Below are positions 17,597-25,335 of a DNA stretch of 48,739 nucleotides, one piece after another. This DNA is from Candidatus Pacearchaeota archaeon. GTDB lineage: Archaea > Nanobdellota > Nanobdellia > Pacearchaeales > GW2011-AR1. The stretch spans positions 1-48,739 of the forward strand of contig JACPLT010000015.1 of assembly GCA_016186365.1 (NCBI GenBank), read 5' to 3'. The notes below the pieces were generated by a model. It was given only the letters and a program-made list of their open reading frames with translations, was not told the DNA's origin and made no database searches. The translations under genes were made by a program, and so were the position numbers. Within the stretch, counting starts at the first letter, position 1. Every line of letters starts with the position of its first letter.

Positions 17597-18271
17597 CTAA
17601 AACCCAGTTTTAATCTCACTGATAACTTCTTTTGAATACCTCTTTGCCAGTCTTAATGGCTCTGGAATTTTGTGCGGCTCTTTAGTTAATCTTTTTGTCA
17701 ATTTTAAAGCACTTTCTAAACATATCATATTTCCAGGAGAAATATAAATTGGATTTGCTCCCTCTTTTGTTTTAAGAACCTTCCCCATAACCTTTCCATT
17801 AAAAATAATATCCTCTCCCTGAACCTCACCTACATGCAAAGAGTCAGCTATACCAATTGTAGGAACTCCTGTTGCAATAGAAAAATGGCTTGCAATTCCA
17901 ATTCCCTTTGGATGCAAAATTCCATTTCCCCTGATAAACACTATGTCCGGCTTTTCATCAAGCTTATTAAAAGCTTCAATCATGTTAGGCAGCTCCCTAT
18001 AAGCCCTAAAACCTGGAATATAAGGAAATCTTATCTTATCTTCAGAATACTCCTGTTCTGCAAGCCCTTCGCTGTCCATAACAACAAGAGCAGAAATTAT
18101 TTTATTTCCTAAAAAAACATTCTCAATTCCTGCAATTCTTTCAGCAAGATTAAAATCAATACTATCTTTTAAGCTGACTAATTTAGCCAGTTTTATCTGC
18201 TCTTCTTCAAGTTTCTTAATATCAATATTGTACTTCTTAATAACTTCTTCTATCCTCTCTTTTTCATGCAT
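17597..18271 (-). CDS. nfi: endonuclease V
   Basis: IAGIENVF..., PYIPGFRAYRELPNMIEAF, PDIVFIRGNGILHPKGIGIASHFSIATGVPTIGIA and HKIPEPLRLA match conserved EndoV blocks. Confidence 0.9.
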   Translation of the reverse strand: MHEKERIEEVIKKYNIDIKKLEEEQIKLAKLVSLKDSIDFNLAERIAGIENVFLGNKIISALVVMDSEGLAEQEYSEDKIRFPYIPGFRAYRELPNMIEAFNKLDEKPDIVFIRGNGILHPKGIGIASHFSIATGVPTIGIADSLHVGEVQGEDIIFNGKVMGKVLKTKEGANPIYISPGNMICLESALKLTKRLTKEPHKIPEPLRLAKRYSKEVISEIKTGF

Positions 18272-18304
18272 AAATTTTTAAATACAGATGAATATTAAAA
18301 CCTT

Positions 18305-18958
18305 ATGTTTGAAAAAAAATGCAAATCCTGCGGTGAAAAACTGACAAAAGAGTTTAGATTCTGCCCTTTTTGCGGGGCTTCTGTCAAAAATAACAGCGAC
18401 TATGGAATGCTGGGAACAACCGATGATATTGAAGAGTTAGCAATGGGAATTCCAAATAATTTCAATAAAATGTTCAGCGGATTAATGGAAGAAATAGAAA
18501 ATGATTTTAAAGAATTCGATAAACAGGAAAGAAAAACAAAAAACCCCTCTCCAGATATGCTCCCTCAAGGGATAAGAATAAACATCTGTTCAGGAGACGG
18601 GAAAAAATTTGACATTAAAATAGGGGGATTGGGCAATATCGGGAACATGAATCAAAAAGCAAGAGAGATTAAAATTCCATTCGGAAAGCTGACAGATGAA
18701 GATGCTAAAAGATTATCCTCTCTCCCTAGAGAAGAAGCAAAAACGGGTGTAAAAAGAATAGGCAATTCAGTTGTTTACGAACTCAATCTCCCAGGAATAA
18801 CCAACATAAAAGAGATAATAATGAATAAGCTGGAGAACAGCCTAGAAATAAAAGCATTTTCAAAAGACAGGGTTTATTTCAAGATAATTCCAATAAAACA
18901 AAATTTATATAATTATAAATTTGAAAAAGAAAAGCTGTTTCTCGAATTTAAGGCATAA
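18305..18958 (+). CDS. zinc-ribbon protein with C-terminal Hsp20/alpha-crystallin-like domain
   Basis: N-terminal CKSCGEKL...FCPFCGA. The C-terminal VVYELNLPGITNIKEIIMNKLENSLEIKAFSKD...LFLEF follows the ACD pattern (LPG, l.I.a). Confidence 0.6.
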   Translation: MFEKKCKSCGEKLTKEFRFCPFCGASVKNNSDYGMLGTTDDIEELAMGIPNNFNKMFSGLMEEIENDFKEFDKQERKTKNPSPDMLPQGIRINICSGDGKKFDIKIGGLGNIGNMNQKAREIKIPFGKLTDEDAKRLSSLPREEAKTGVKRIGNSVVYELNLPGITNIKEIIMNKLENSLEIKAFSKDRVYFKIIPIKQNLYNYKFEKEKLFLEFKA

Positions 18959-18971
18959 TTTTAGACTATCT

Positions 18972-19207
18972 ATTAAGTAAACTATAGAACTTAACATCCT
19001 CTAATCACTTAAACCTATTATTCCCAGAGAATTTTATTTGTTCTCCCCTTTCCAAAAAAACTAGGGTTATTTTTGTTAGTTTTTAGGGTGCTCAGAAATG
19101 CACGAGGCAAATAGCATTTCTGACATAATAAGTGAGAAAAATCAAATTTCTGCTATACTATAAATTCTAAACTAGACAAGGGATGTTAAGGAGGTTATAG
19201 ACTTAAC
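18972..19207. mobile_element. MITE-like element, copy 1 (about 236 bp) carrying a nested 84-nt insertion
   Basis: Imperfect terminal inverted repeats TTAAGTAAACTATAGAACTTAACATCC (18973-18999) and GGGATGTTAAGGAGGTTATAGACTTAA (19180-19206). Shares a 23-mer and a 13-mer with the reverse complement of the 33.1-kb copy. No ORF. Confidence 0.7.
19080..19126 (+). repeat. hairpin repeat family, copy a (nested inside MITE copy 1)
   Basis: TTTTTAGGGTGCTCAGAAATGC...GCATTTCTGACAT, with 10-bp stem tcagaaatgc (19092-19101) pairing gcatttctga (19114-19123). Related copies lie at 29.5 kb (minus) and 41.4 kb. Confidence 0.65.
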
Positions 19208-19208
19208 A

Positions 19209-19988
19209 TTATCTAAAATACCCCAAAGCTTCTCGAACACTCTCAACTTCAACAATCTTTATTCCAGTTTCCTGCTCGATATTAACTTTTCTCGGAACTG
19301 TTTCATTCACGCAGACTTCATTTCCCCCAAACTGCTGGCAGTGCTCTCTTGATTCATAAACAACATCTGCAGAATTTAATAATGGAACTAAAAATAAATC
19401 TGCCCCTGAATTTTTTGCAGCTTTTGCCTTTTCTAAAATGTCAGAAACAGGCCCTATTGTTCCGTCATGATTGATTGTCCCGGTAATCATAACATTATCT
19501 TTTAAACTCTCGTTATTCAAAGCAAAAATAGTGGCAATAGAAATAGCCGCTCCTGCTGATGGTCCCCCAATTAAGCTTGCATTCGCCTCAACTCTATAAA
19601 CTAAATCATAATCATTTATTTCATTTTTAGAAAGATTTCCAGCAACATATCTTGCCATTCTTATACTCTGTTGAGTATCTGCCCAAAATAGCAGGTTGTC
19701 AATATCTACTAAAGTTTTTCCGCTTCCTTTTGTTGCTTCTACAATAAGCAGGCTGGAAATTCCCTTTCCGTCATAGCTGACAGCCGGCAATTTCATCTTT
19801 ATCAGAGTGGAGTTTTCCCTCGAGAAAAAACCCGGGGTTTTTTCTTTCTCAATAATTTTAGCTTTTTCATTCATGTCCTTAAGAAAACTGAATGAAAGCC
19901 CCTCAAGCAAAACGAACACAATTCCAGTTACAATTATGTATTTCACTAATTTGCTCATTCCCTTTTTTCTCATTATAATTTTATGCAA
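19209..19988 (-). CDS. membrane-anchored Lon-like serine protease (S16 proteolytic domain only)
   Basis: N-terminal TM. GGPSAGAAISIATIFAL (catalytic Ser context) and ITGTINHDGTIGPVSDILEKAKAA (catalytic Lys context) match the Lon C-terminal domain. Confidence 0.8.
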   Translation of the reverse strand: MHKIIMRKKGMSKLVKYIIVTGIVFVLLEGLSFSFLKDMNEKAKIIEKEKTPGFFSRENSTLIKMKLPAVSYDGKGISSLLIVEATKGSGKTLVDIDNLLFWADTQQSIRMARYVAGNLSKNEINDYDLVYRVEANASLIGGPSAGAAISIATIFALNNESLKDNVMITGTINHDGTIGPVSDILEKAKAAKNSGADLFLVPLLNSADVVYESREHCQQFGGNEVCVNETVPRKVNIEQETGIKIVEVESVREALGYFR

Positions 19989-20051
19989 ATTAACATTTAT
20001 ATATCTTTATTAAAAGTTGAACTCGCCCCCACAGATTTCCTAAATAGAGTA

Positions 20052-20065
20052 GAAAGATTTAAATA
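20052..20065 (+). promoter_or_regulatory. BRE/TATA-like promoter element for the RHH-HNH operon
   Basis: GAAAGATTTAAATA ends 22 nt upstream of ATG 20087, implying a leaderless or near-leaderless mRNA. An identical 14-mer lies upstream of tbp. Confidence 0.5.
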
Positions 20066-20086
20066 CATATGTAATATTATATTACT

Positions 20087-20419
20087 ATGGTAAACAAAGA
20101 TAAAAGAGAAGAAAAATCCACAGTTTTTAGTTTTAGGTTACCAAATAATTTGCTTAATGAAATTGATAAAATGGCTAAACAAGAACAGATTGATAGAGCT
20201 TCATGGATAAAACGAGCAATGGTTATAGCAATAGGTGAGCTAAGAGATTCAGCAGTTGAAGGAGCTATCGAAGATTATATTGCTGGAAAAATTGATGACG
20301 ATTTGTTTATCAAAGAAACAGAAAATAAACAAGTTCCACAAGATATTAAAGAAGCTAGAAAGAGGCATATTACCCATTTAGAAGAAAGGCTAACGAATAA
20401 AAGAGTTAAAGGAAAATGA
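20087..20419 (+). CDS. ribbon-helix-helix (CopG/Arc-like) DNA-binding protein
   Basis: TVFSFRLPNNLLNEIDKMAKQEQIDRASWIKRAMVIAI fits the RHH beta-alpha-alpha pattern. ATGA overlap with the next gene. Confidence 0.75.
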   Translation: MVNKDKREEKSTVFSFRLPNNLLNEIDKMAKQEQIDRASWIKRAMVIAIGELRDSAVEGAIEDYIAGKIDDDLFIKETENKQVPQDIKEARKRHITHLEERLTNKRVKGK

Positions 20420-21822
20420 AAAAGTTAATATTTGGCTTGTTTTTAATTATTTCTTTTATTAGTTCAGTTTCTGCTTGCCAATATAAAGTTAATGAAATTT
20501 ATCATGAAGTAGAAATGGGATTATATGACTCTTCTGGAAATTATGTGGGCGAACCTTTAATACTAAGCAATTTTAGTGGAGGATATCAAAATATTGCTGG
20601 ATGTGGACCATTGTCTATAATCATTTCAAATCCTCTTTCTTTTGATATAAACGTTGAGATTAATTTTACTGCAAGACATGATGGAATAATCGGTTGGCCC
20701 CAAGAAGATTATTTAATATCTAGAGCGATTACCATTAAATCGTTTTCATCAGAACAAATCGTGGGGGATTGCCCTTCGGTCGGAGGATCTAGATTATTAG
20801 AAGATTCTATTGAGTATGTAATAACTTCTCCAAAACTACTTATTCCTAAAATGCAAGAAGTAGAAAAGCAAAAAGAGATTTGTAAAATTTGTCCTAATGA
20901 AAAACAATGTTTGGATGATGGTGCTTCTTGTGATTTACCAATAGTATGTGGTTCAAATATCTGTAATCCCGATAATAAATGTGGAACCTTTCAAGGATGT
21001 TCCCAAGGCAAGAAATTATGTAATAACATTTCATGTTTAACTCCTTCAATTAAAAAAACCGAAGAGGCTTACTTATGTGATTGGGAATGTGCTTCTGGAA
21101 CAATAGCTTGTAATGGAATATGCAGGAATGTTTCTTCAAAGAAAATCGGACAGGAGTATTATTGTATTGAAGAATGTAAATCAGGATATGGCAAAGAGAA
21201 TAAATGTATAAGAAATCCCAATGTAGCTAGAAATTTATTAATTCTCTTTATCTCAATTATCCTTTTAATTCTAGGAATAGCATCTTATTTTATTATAGGG
21301 GCTATTAATGAAAAACGTGGAAGAAGGAAAGAGAAAGAGATAATAAAAGAAGCTGAAGAAAAAGCTGAAAAAATAATTAGCTCAGCTAAAAATAAATTAA
21401 AAAGGCTTAATGATGAAATTGAGAAATCTGAAAAATTAAAGACAGAACTTAACTCCCTAAAAAAAGGAAGTATCGAAGCCAGAAAAATAAAAAAAGAATT
21501 GGAAGAAACTAACGAATCAATTCAAAAAGAGAGAATAAGACAAGAAGAAGAAATTAAAAATACTTTGGAAGCATATGAAAAGAGATATAGTCATAGGTTT
21601 GTATTAGATAATAAAGGATATATAAGATTTGCTAAAGGATTTATTAGTGCGGGTATTGGGGGATATTTACATAGGTGGATATATAAGAATGTTCATGGGA
21701 AAATAAACGATGGATATGAAATTCACCATAAGGATTTTAATAAATTTAATAATGAAATAAACAATCTTGAAGAGTTAACTCCTAAAGAGCATCAAAATAA
21801 ACATCTTAATAGGTATAGATAA
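20416..21822 (+). CDS. single-pass membrane protein: lipobox-like signal, Cys-rich ectodomain, TM, coiled coil, C-terminal HNH nuclease
   Basis: Signal MKKLIFGLFLIISFISSVSAC. 20 Cys, most of them in the ~100 residues before TM LLILFISIILLILGIASYFIIGAI, then NEKRGRRKEKE (positive-inside). K/E-rich coiled coil, followed by HNH motif YEIHHKDFNKFNNEINNLEELTPKEHQNKH. Confidence 0.75.
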   Translation: MKKLIFGLFLIISFISSVSACQYKVNEIYHEVEMGLYDSSGNYVGEPLILSNFSGGYQNIAGCGPLSIIISNPLSFDINVEINFTARHDGIIGWPQEDYLISRAITIKSFSSEQIVGDCPSVGGSRLLEDSIEYVITSPKLLIPKMQEVEKQKEICKICPNEKQCLDDGASCDLPIVCGSNICNPDNKCGTFQGCSQGKKLCNNISCLTPSIKKTEEAYLCDWECASGTIACNGICRNVSSKKIGQEYYCIEECKSGYGKENKCIRNPNVARNLLILFISIILLILGIASYFIIGAINEKRGRRKEKEIIKEAEEKAEKIISSAKNKLKRLNDEIEKSEKLKTELNSLKKGSIEARKIKKELEETNESIQKERIRQEEEIKNTLEAYEKRYSHRFVLDNKGYIRFAKGFISAGIGGYLHRWIYKNVHGKINDGYEIHHKDFNKFNNEINNLEELTPKEHQNKHLNRYR

Positions 21823-21824
21823 AT

Positions 21825-22022
21825 ATGAAAATTGAAAAAATATTTGAGATTATTTGGCTAGTTTTCTTAGCAATAGCAATCCCCTCAATTGATGCTTTGG
21901 TAGCCATAGAATTTGGGAAGATTGTAGGAGGGGTTTATGGTTTTTTATTCTTTTTAATAGCGATTATCGCGACTATTGGACCTTGGATTAAAATATATAA
22001 AAAGATAGAAAAATTAAGATAG
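21825..22022 (+). CDS. small two-TM membrane protein
   Basis: 65 aa. Starts 3 nt after the HNH gene stop. Two hydrophobic helices. Confidence 0.45.
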   Translation: MKIEKIFEIIWLVFLAIAIPSIDALVAIEFGKIVGGVYGFLFFLIAIIATIGPWIKIYKKIEKLR

Positions 22023-22182
22023 TTAAACGCCCCCCAAATTCATTCATAAAAATTTTATATTCGCGGTGTAAACTCTCTTGCGGGAGCGTTTAACCAATTT
22101 TAGTATAATTTGGGCTTGTTTTTACACATAAAGTTATGCTAACATTAACCTTAGTAACTTGTCACCGCGAGATTATTAATAT

Positions 22183-22232
22183 CGAGGTTCAAATCCGAGA
22201 TAATGAGTGAGGCTGCGAGGATTTGAACCTCG
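22183..22232. repeat. 14-bp perfect inverted repeat built from a tRNA T-arm sequence
   Basis: cgaggttcaaatcc (22183-22196) is the exact reverse complement of ggatttgaacctcg (22219-22232), which is the T arm of the orphan tRNA half. Confidence 0.8.
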
Positions 22233-22243
22233 GACCCCGGCCT
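22208..22243 (-). tRNA. orphan tRNA 3' half (positions 38-73) preceded by an intron-like leader; no 5' half in cis
   Basis: The minus strand reads A-GGCCG-GGGTC-CGAGG-TTCAAAT-CCTCG-CAGCCTC-A. The leader 22244-22285 contains an exact 22-mer (22262-22283) also found in the tRNA-Asn intron. The required GAGGCTG 5' acceptor is absent before the rpl15e start. Confidence 0.5.
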
Positions 22244-22332
22244 TTCTAATATTTTCTACACAAGGAAGGTAGTGCGGTAGGAAAGAAACAAAGCAAGAAA
22301 AGCTTTAAAAACACCTGTTAACAGAAAATATT

Positions 22333-22890
22333 ATGAAATCAGCATATGACTATATTAAAGAGAATTTAAGAGCAGGTTTAAGAAACAAGTTAATTCAGTG
22401 GAGAGCTGAAGATTCTGCTGTCAGATTAGAAAAGCCAAGCGACATAGGCAGAGCCAGAAATCTTGGATATAAAGACAAGAAAGGTTATGTAATTATGAGG
22501 ATAAAACTAAAGAGAGGGGGAAGAAGGAGAATAAGAGTTAATAAAGGAAGAAGAAGCAAAAGGCAAACAGGAAGAAAAACTCTTAAAATGAATTACCGAT
22601 GGGTTGCTGAACAAAGAGCAGCAAGGAGATTCCCAAATTTAGAAGTTCTTAACTCATATGAAGTTGCAAAAGACGGACAATTCTATTTTTTTGAAGTAAT
22701 TATGATTGATACAAGCAGACCAGAAATTATAGCAGACAAAACAATTAACTGGATGTGCAGACCTGAAAACCAATCAAGAGCTTTCAGAGGGCTAACTTCA
22801 GCTGGAAAGAAATCAAGAGGATTATACAGCAAGTCAAGAAACCTTAAGATAAGACCAAGCCTAAGGTCATGGGACAGAAAAGGCAAGTAG
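22333..22890 (+). CDS. rpl15e: 50S ribosomal protein L15e
   Basis: MKSAYDYIKE...LIQWRAE...RLEKPSDIGRARNLGYKDKKGYVIMRIKLKRGGRRR...NSY matches the conserved L15e sequence pattern. Confidence 0.95.
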   Translation: MKSAYDYIKENLRAGLRNKLIQWRAEDSAVRLEKPSDIGRARNLGYKDKKGYVIMRIKLKRGGRRRIRVNKGRRSKRQTGRKTLKMNYRWVAEQRAARRFPNLEVLNSYEVAKDGQFYFFEVIMIDTSRPEIIADKTINWMCRPENQSRAFRGLTSAGKKSRGLYSKSRNLKIRPSLRSWDRKGK

Positions 22891-22953
22891 AATTCTTTTT
22901 GTTGGAAAAATATTTAAAAGAGAGGGTGTAATCAAAGATGTCTGATTAAAAAC

Positions 22954-23679
22954 ATGGCTAAAAATAATCCTGAAAAAAACAAGTTAACAAGAGAAAAAAT
23001 AGAAAAACTTCTGATAGATATCGCTATAAAAATAACAAAAGACGGAAAGGGTTGTTTATTTGTCATCAAAGAGAAAGAATTTGAATATGAAACAATGATA
23101 GAACAGGACATCAAGCAGTTCAATGTGATAGACTATCCCAGGAGATTAGAAGCTCTCTCAATAATTGATGGAGCTTGCGTAATTGACATTAATGGAAATC
23201 TTATAGCTTACTCTGCAAAAATAAAGAATACCAAGCCGTTTACAGGATACGGAACAAGGCATGCCGCAGCATATACCTCAAGTTTGAATGGCAACACTTC
23301 TATAATGTCCAGTGAGGAAGATAGAAAAGTAAAAATTTTCAAATCAGGAGTTTTAATAATGCAGATTGACCCCTTTGAAAAAAATATTGAATATAAAACT
23401 AAAGAAGCAGTTAATATTCTAGAAAGCATAGGCATAGGAAGTGTCGCTTCAATTACAGCTTCAACACTCGCTCCAGTATCTTATCTGACTGCATTTGGAA
23501 TATCCGCAGCTGCCCCTGCAGGTCTTGTCCTAATTCCAGGCATAGTTGTTTTTGCAACAACCCACTACATTCTAAAATCACTTCTAAAAAAGAAGTCAGA
23601 AGAAGAAAAAGCACAGCAAAGGACAATATTTGATTTTTTATGGAATATAGGAAGGAAAAAAAATGAAAACAAAGTTTAA
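22954..23679 (+). CDS. diadenylate cyclase (DAC/DisA_N) domain protein with C-terminal TM segments
   Basis: IIDGACVIDINGNL, GYGTRHAAAYTSS and MSSEEDRKVKIF correspond to the DGA, GTRHR/AA and SEE.G motifs of DAC domains. The C-terminus is hydrophobic (APAGLVLIPGIVVFATTHYIL). Confidence 0.7.
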   Translation: MAKNNPEKNKLTREKIEKLLIDIAIKITKDGKGCLFVIKEKEFEYETMIEQDIKQFNVIDYPRRLEALSIIDGACVIDINGNLIAYSAKIKNTKPFTGYGTRHAAAYTSSLNGNTSIMSSEEDRKVKIFKSGVLIMQIDPFEKNIEYKTKEAVNILESIGIGSVASITASTLAPVSYLTAFGISAAAPAGLVLIPGIVVFATTHYILKSLLKKKSEEEKAQQRTIFDFLWNIGRKKNENKV

Positions 23680-24700
23680 TTCTTATTGCATAAATGACTT
23701 GCCAAACGGATGCAAATATTGTGTAAAAGGAGAAAAACTCGTTCTGTTTATATCTGGAATCTGTTCAAGAAATTGTAAATACTGCTCATTAAGCAAAAAG
23801 AGGAAAAATAAAGATATAATTTATGCAAATGAAAAAATATGCAAGAATGTTAAAGAGTGCATAAAAGAGGCAGAGCTAAGCCATGCTAAAGGAGCAGGAA
23901 TAACCGGAGGAGACCCCCTTCTATTTCTTAAAAGAACTATTAGTTATGCTAAATCTTTAAAAAAACATTTCAAAAACTTTCACATTCATATATACCTTCC
24001 TACAAAACTTGTTACAGGAAAAAAATTAGAAAAGCTGTCTTCCTATATAGATGAAGTTAGGTTTCACCCAGAGTTCCTGATAAAGAAACCCGCCAATAAA
24101 GATAAGGAAAAAATAGAACTTGCTTCTTTATACTGGAAAAAAGAAAATATTGGATGCGAGCTTCCCTGCATTCCAGATAAAAAAGAAGAAATTGCAAATT
24201 TCATAAAAGAAATATCGGCTTATGTAGGATTTGTAAATTTAAACGAGTTTGAGATAAGTGAAACTAATTTTAATTGCATAAAATCAAATTATAAGCTTAA
24301 TCCAGATACTTACACAATAAAAGACTCCATAAAATCAGGTATATGGATAATAAATAAATGTAAAAATTTAGGAATAAAAATTCACCTATGCACTGCAAAA
24401 ACAAAGAATATCAATCAATATGTAAATCGGCTCAAATTAAGAGAATGCTTTCCTTATGGAAAAAAAACAAGCGAAGGAACAGTTGTCTATTTTGCAATTT
24501 ATTCAGATAATGCCGGCAATATAACAAAACATCTGAAAAAACAGGGATATTCCAATATGTTTTATATTGACAAAGAGAGAAAAAGAATACTTCTCTCCCA
24601 AAAGATAGTCAGAAAATTAATAGAAAAATACAGAATAAAAAAAGTTGAAGAATTCCCTACTTCAGACCATATTGAAATAGAATCAGAATACCTGAGTTAA
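23663..24700 (+). CDS. radical SAM protein
   Basis: CxxxCxxC cluster motif GICSRNCKYCSL, followed by a glycine-rich ITGGDPLL SAM-binding segment. Overlaps the DAC gene by 17 nt. Confidence 0.8.
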   Translation: MKTKFNSYCINDLPNGCKYCVKGEKLVLFISGICSRNCKYCSLSKKRKNKDIIYANEKICKNVKECIKEAELSHAKGAGITGGDPLLFLKRTISYAKSLKKHFKNFHIHIYLPTKLVTGKKLEKLSSYIDEVRFHPEFLIKKPANKDKEKIELASLYWKKENIGCELPCIPDKKEEIANFIKEISAYVGFVNLNEFEISETNFNCIKSNYKLNPDTYTIKDSIKSGIWIINKCKNLGIKIHLCTAKTKNINQYVNRLKLRECFPYGKKTSEGTVVYFAIYSDNAGNITKHLKKQGYSNMFYIDKERKRILLSQKIVRKLIEKYRIKKVEEFPTSDHIEIESEYLS

Positions 24701-24791
24701 AAGTGATACAAAACTTAGAACATCCAAAAATTATAAATTGATTAAATTTAAAAATAATTTAAAATGAATCTCAAAAAATATAAGATAAAAT

Positions 24792-25235
24792 TTATTTAAA
24801 AAACCCAACAGATTTCAAGAAAAGGTAAAGTAATATCAGCAAAAGTATCCATAATATTATCCTTGGATCAATTACAAACTGCCCTTTTTTATTTTTTCTT
24901 TTGAACAACTCTTCTAAAACTCTTAGTCTTACATCCATTTTACTAAATAACTCGTTAAAGTTTAAATCCCTCCTTACATCTTCTATATTTTTATTATTAA
25001 TGTCTATATCATTGCACATCTTTTTATATCTTCCCCTTATAAAATATAGGAATATTATAAATATAACGACTCCGATAATAATCCCTGTATAAATCAATGC
25101 CTGATAAGTTATCTCTTTTGGAGAGGTTTTCAATAAAAAGTATATAGGGATTGCAGCAAATATAAGTGTGGATATTTGTATAAATAAATCTGCCCATCTG
25201 GGAAGTTTATTATCCGAATCCGCTGCCATTTGCAC
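24792..25235 (-). CDS. hypothetical membrane protein
   Basis: 147 aa with three hydrophobic helices. No motif recognised. Confidence 0.5.
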   Translation of the reverse strand: MQMAADSDNKLPRWADLFIQISTLIFAAIPIYFLLKTSPKEITYQALIYTGIIIGVVIFIIFLYFIRGRYKKMCNDIDINNKNIEDVRRDLNFNELFSKMDVRLRVLEELFKRKNKKGQFVIDPRIILWILLLILLYLFLKSVGFFK

Positions 25236-25335
25236 AAGAAATAATTGATATTTTATAAATCTATCTAATGATATAGTCTAATAAAGTAAATATACAAACA
25301 AGAACATTAATAAATATTATTTGTTTAGTATAAAA

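Noticed and set aside
22071-22170. 8-bp long-range complement TCGCGGTG / CACCGCGA as a processing stem, 5S rRNA or tRNA acceptor
   Set aside because: The enclosed ~85 nt are AT-rich. They have no T arm, D arm or 5S loop motifs on either strand. An 8-bp match within a 300-nt spacer is close to chance expectation.
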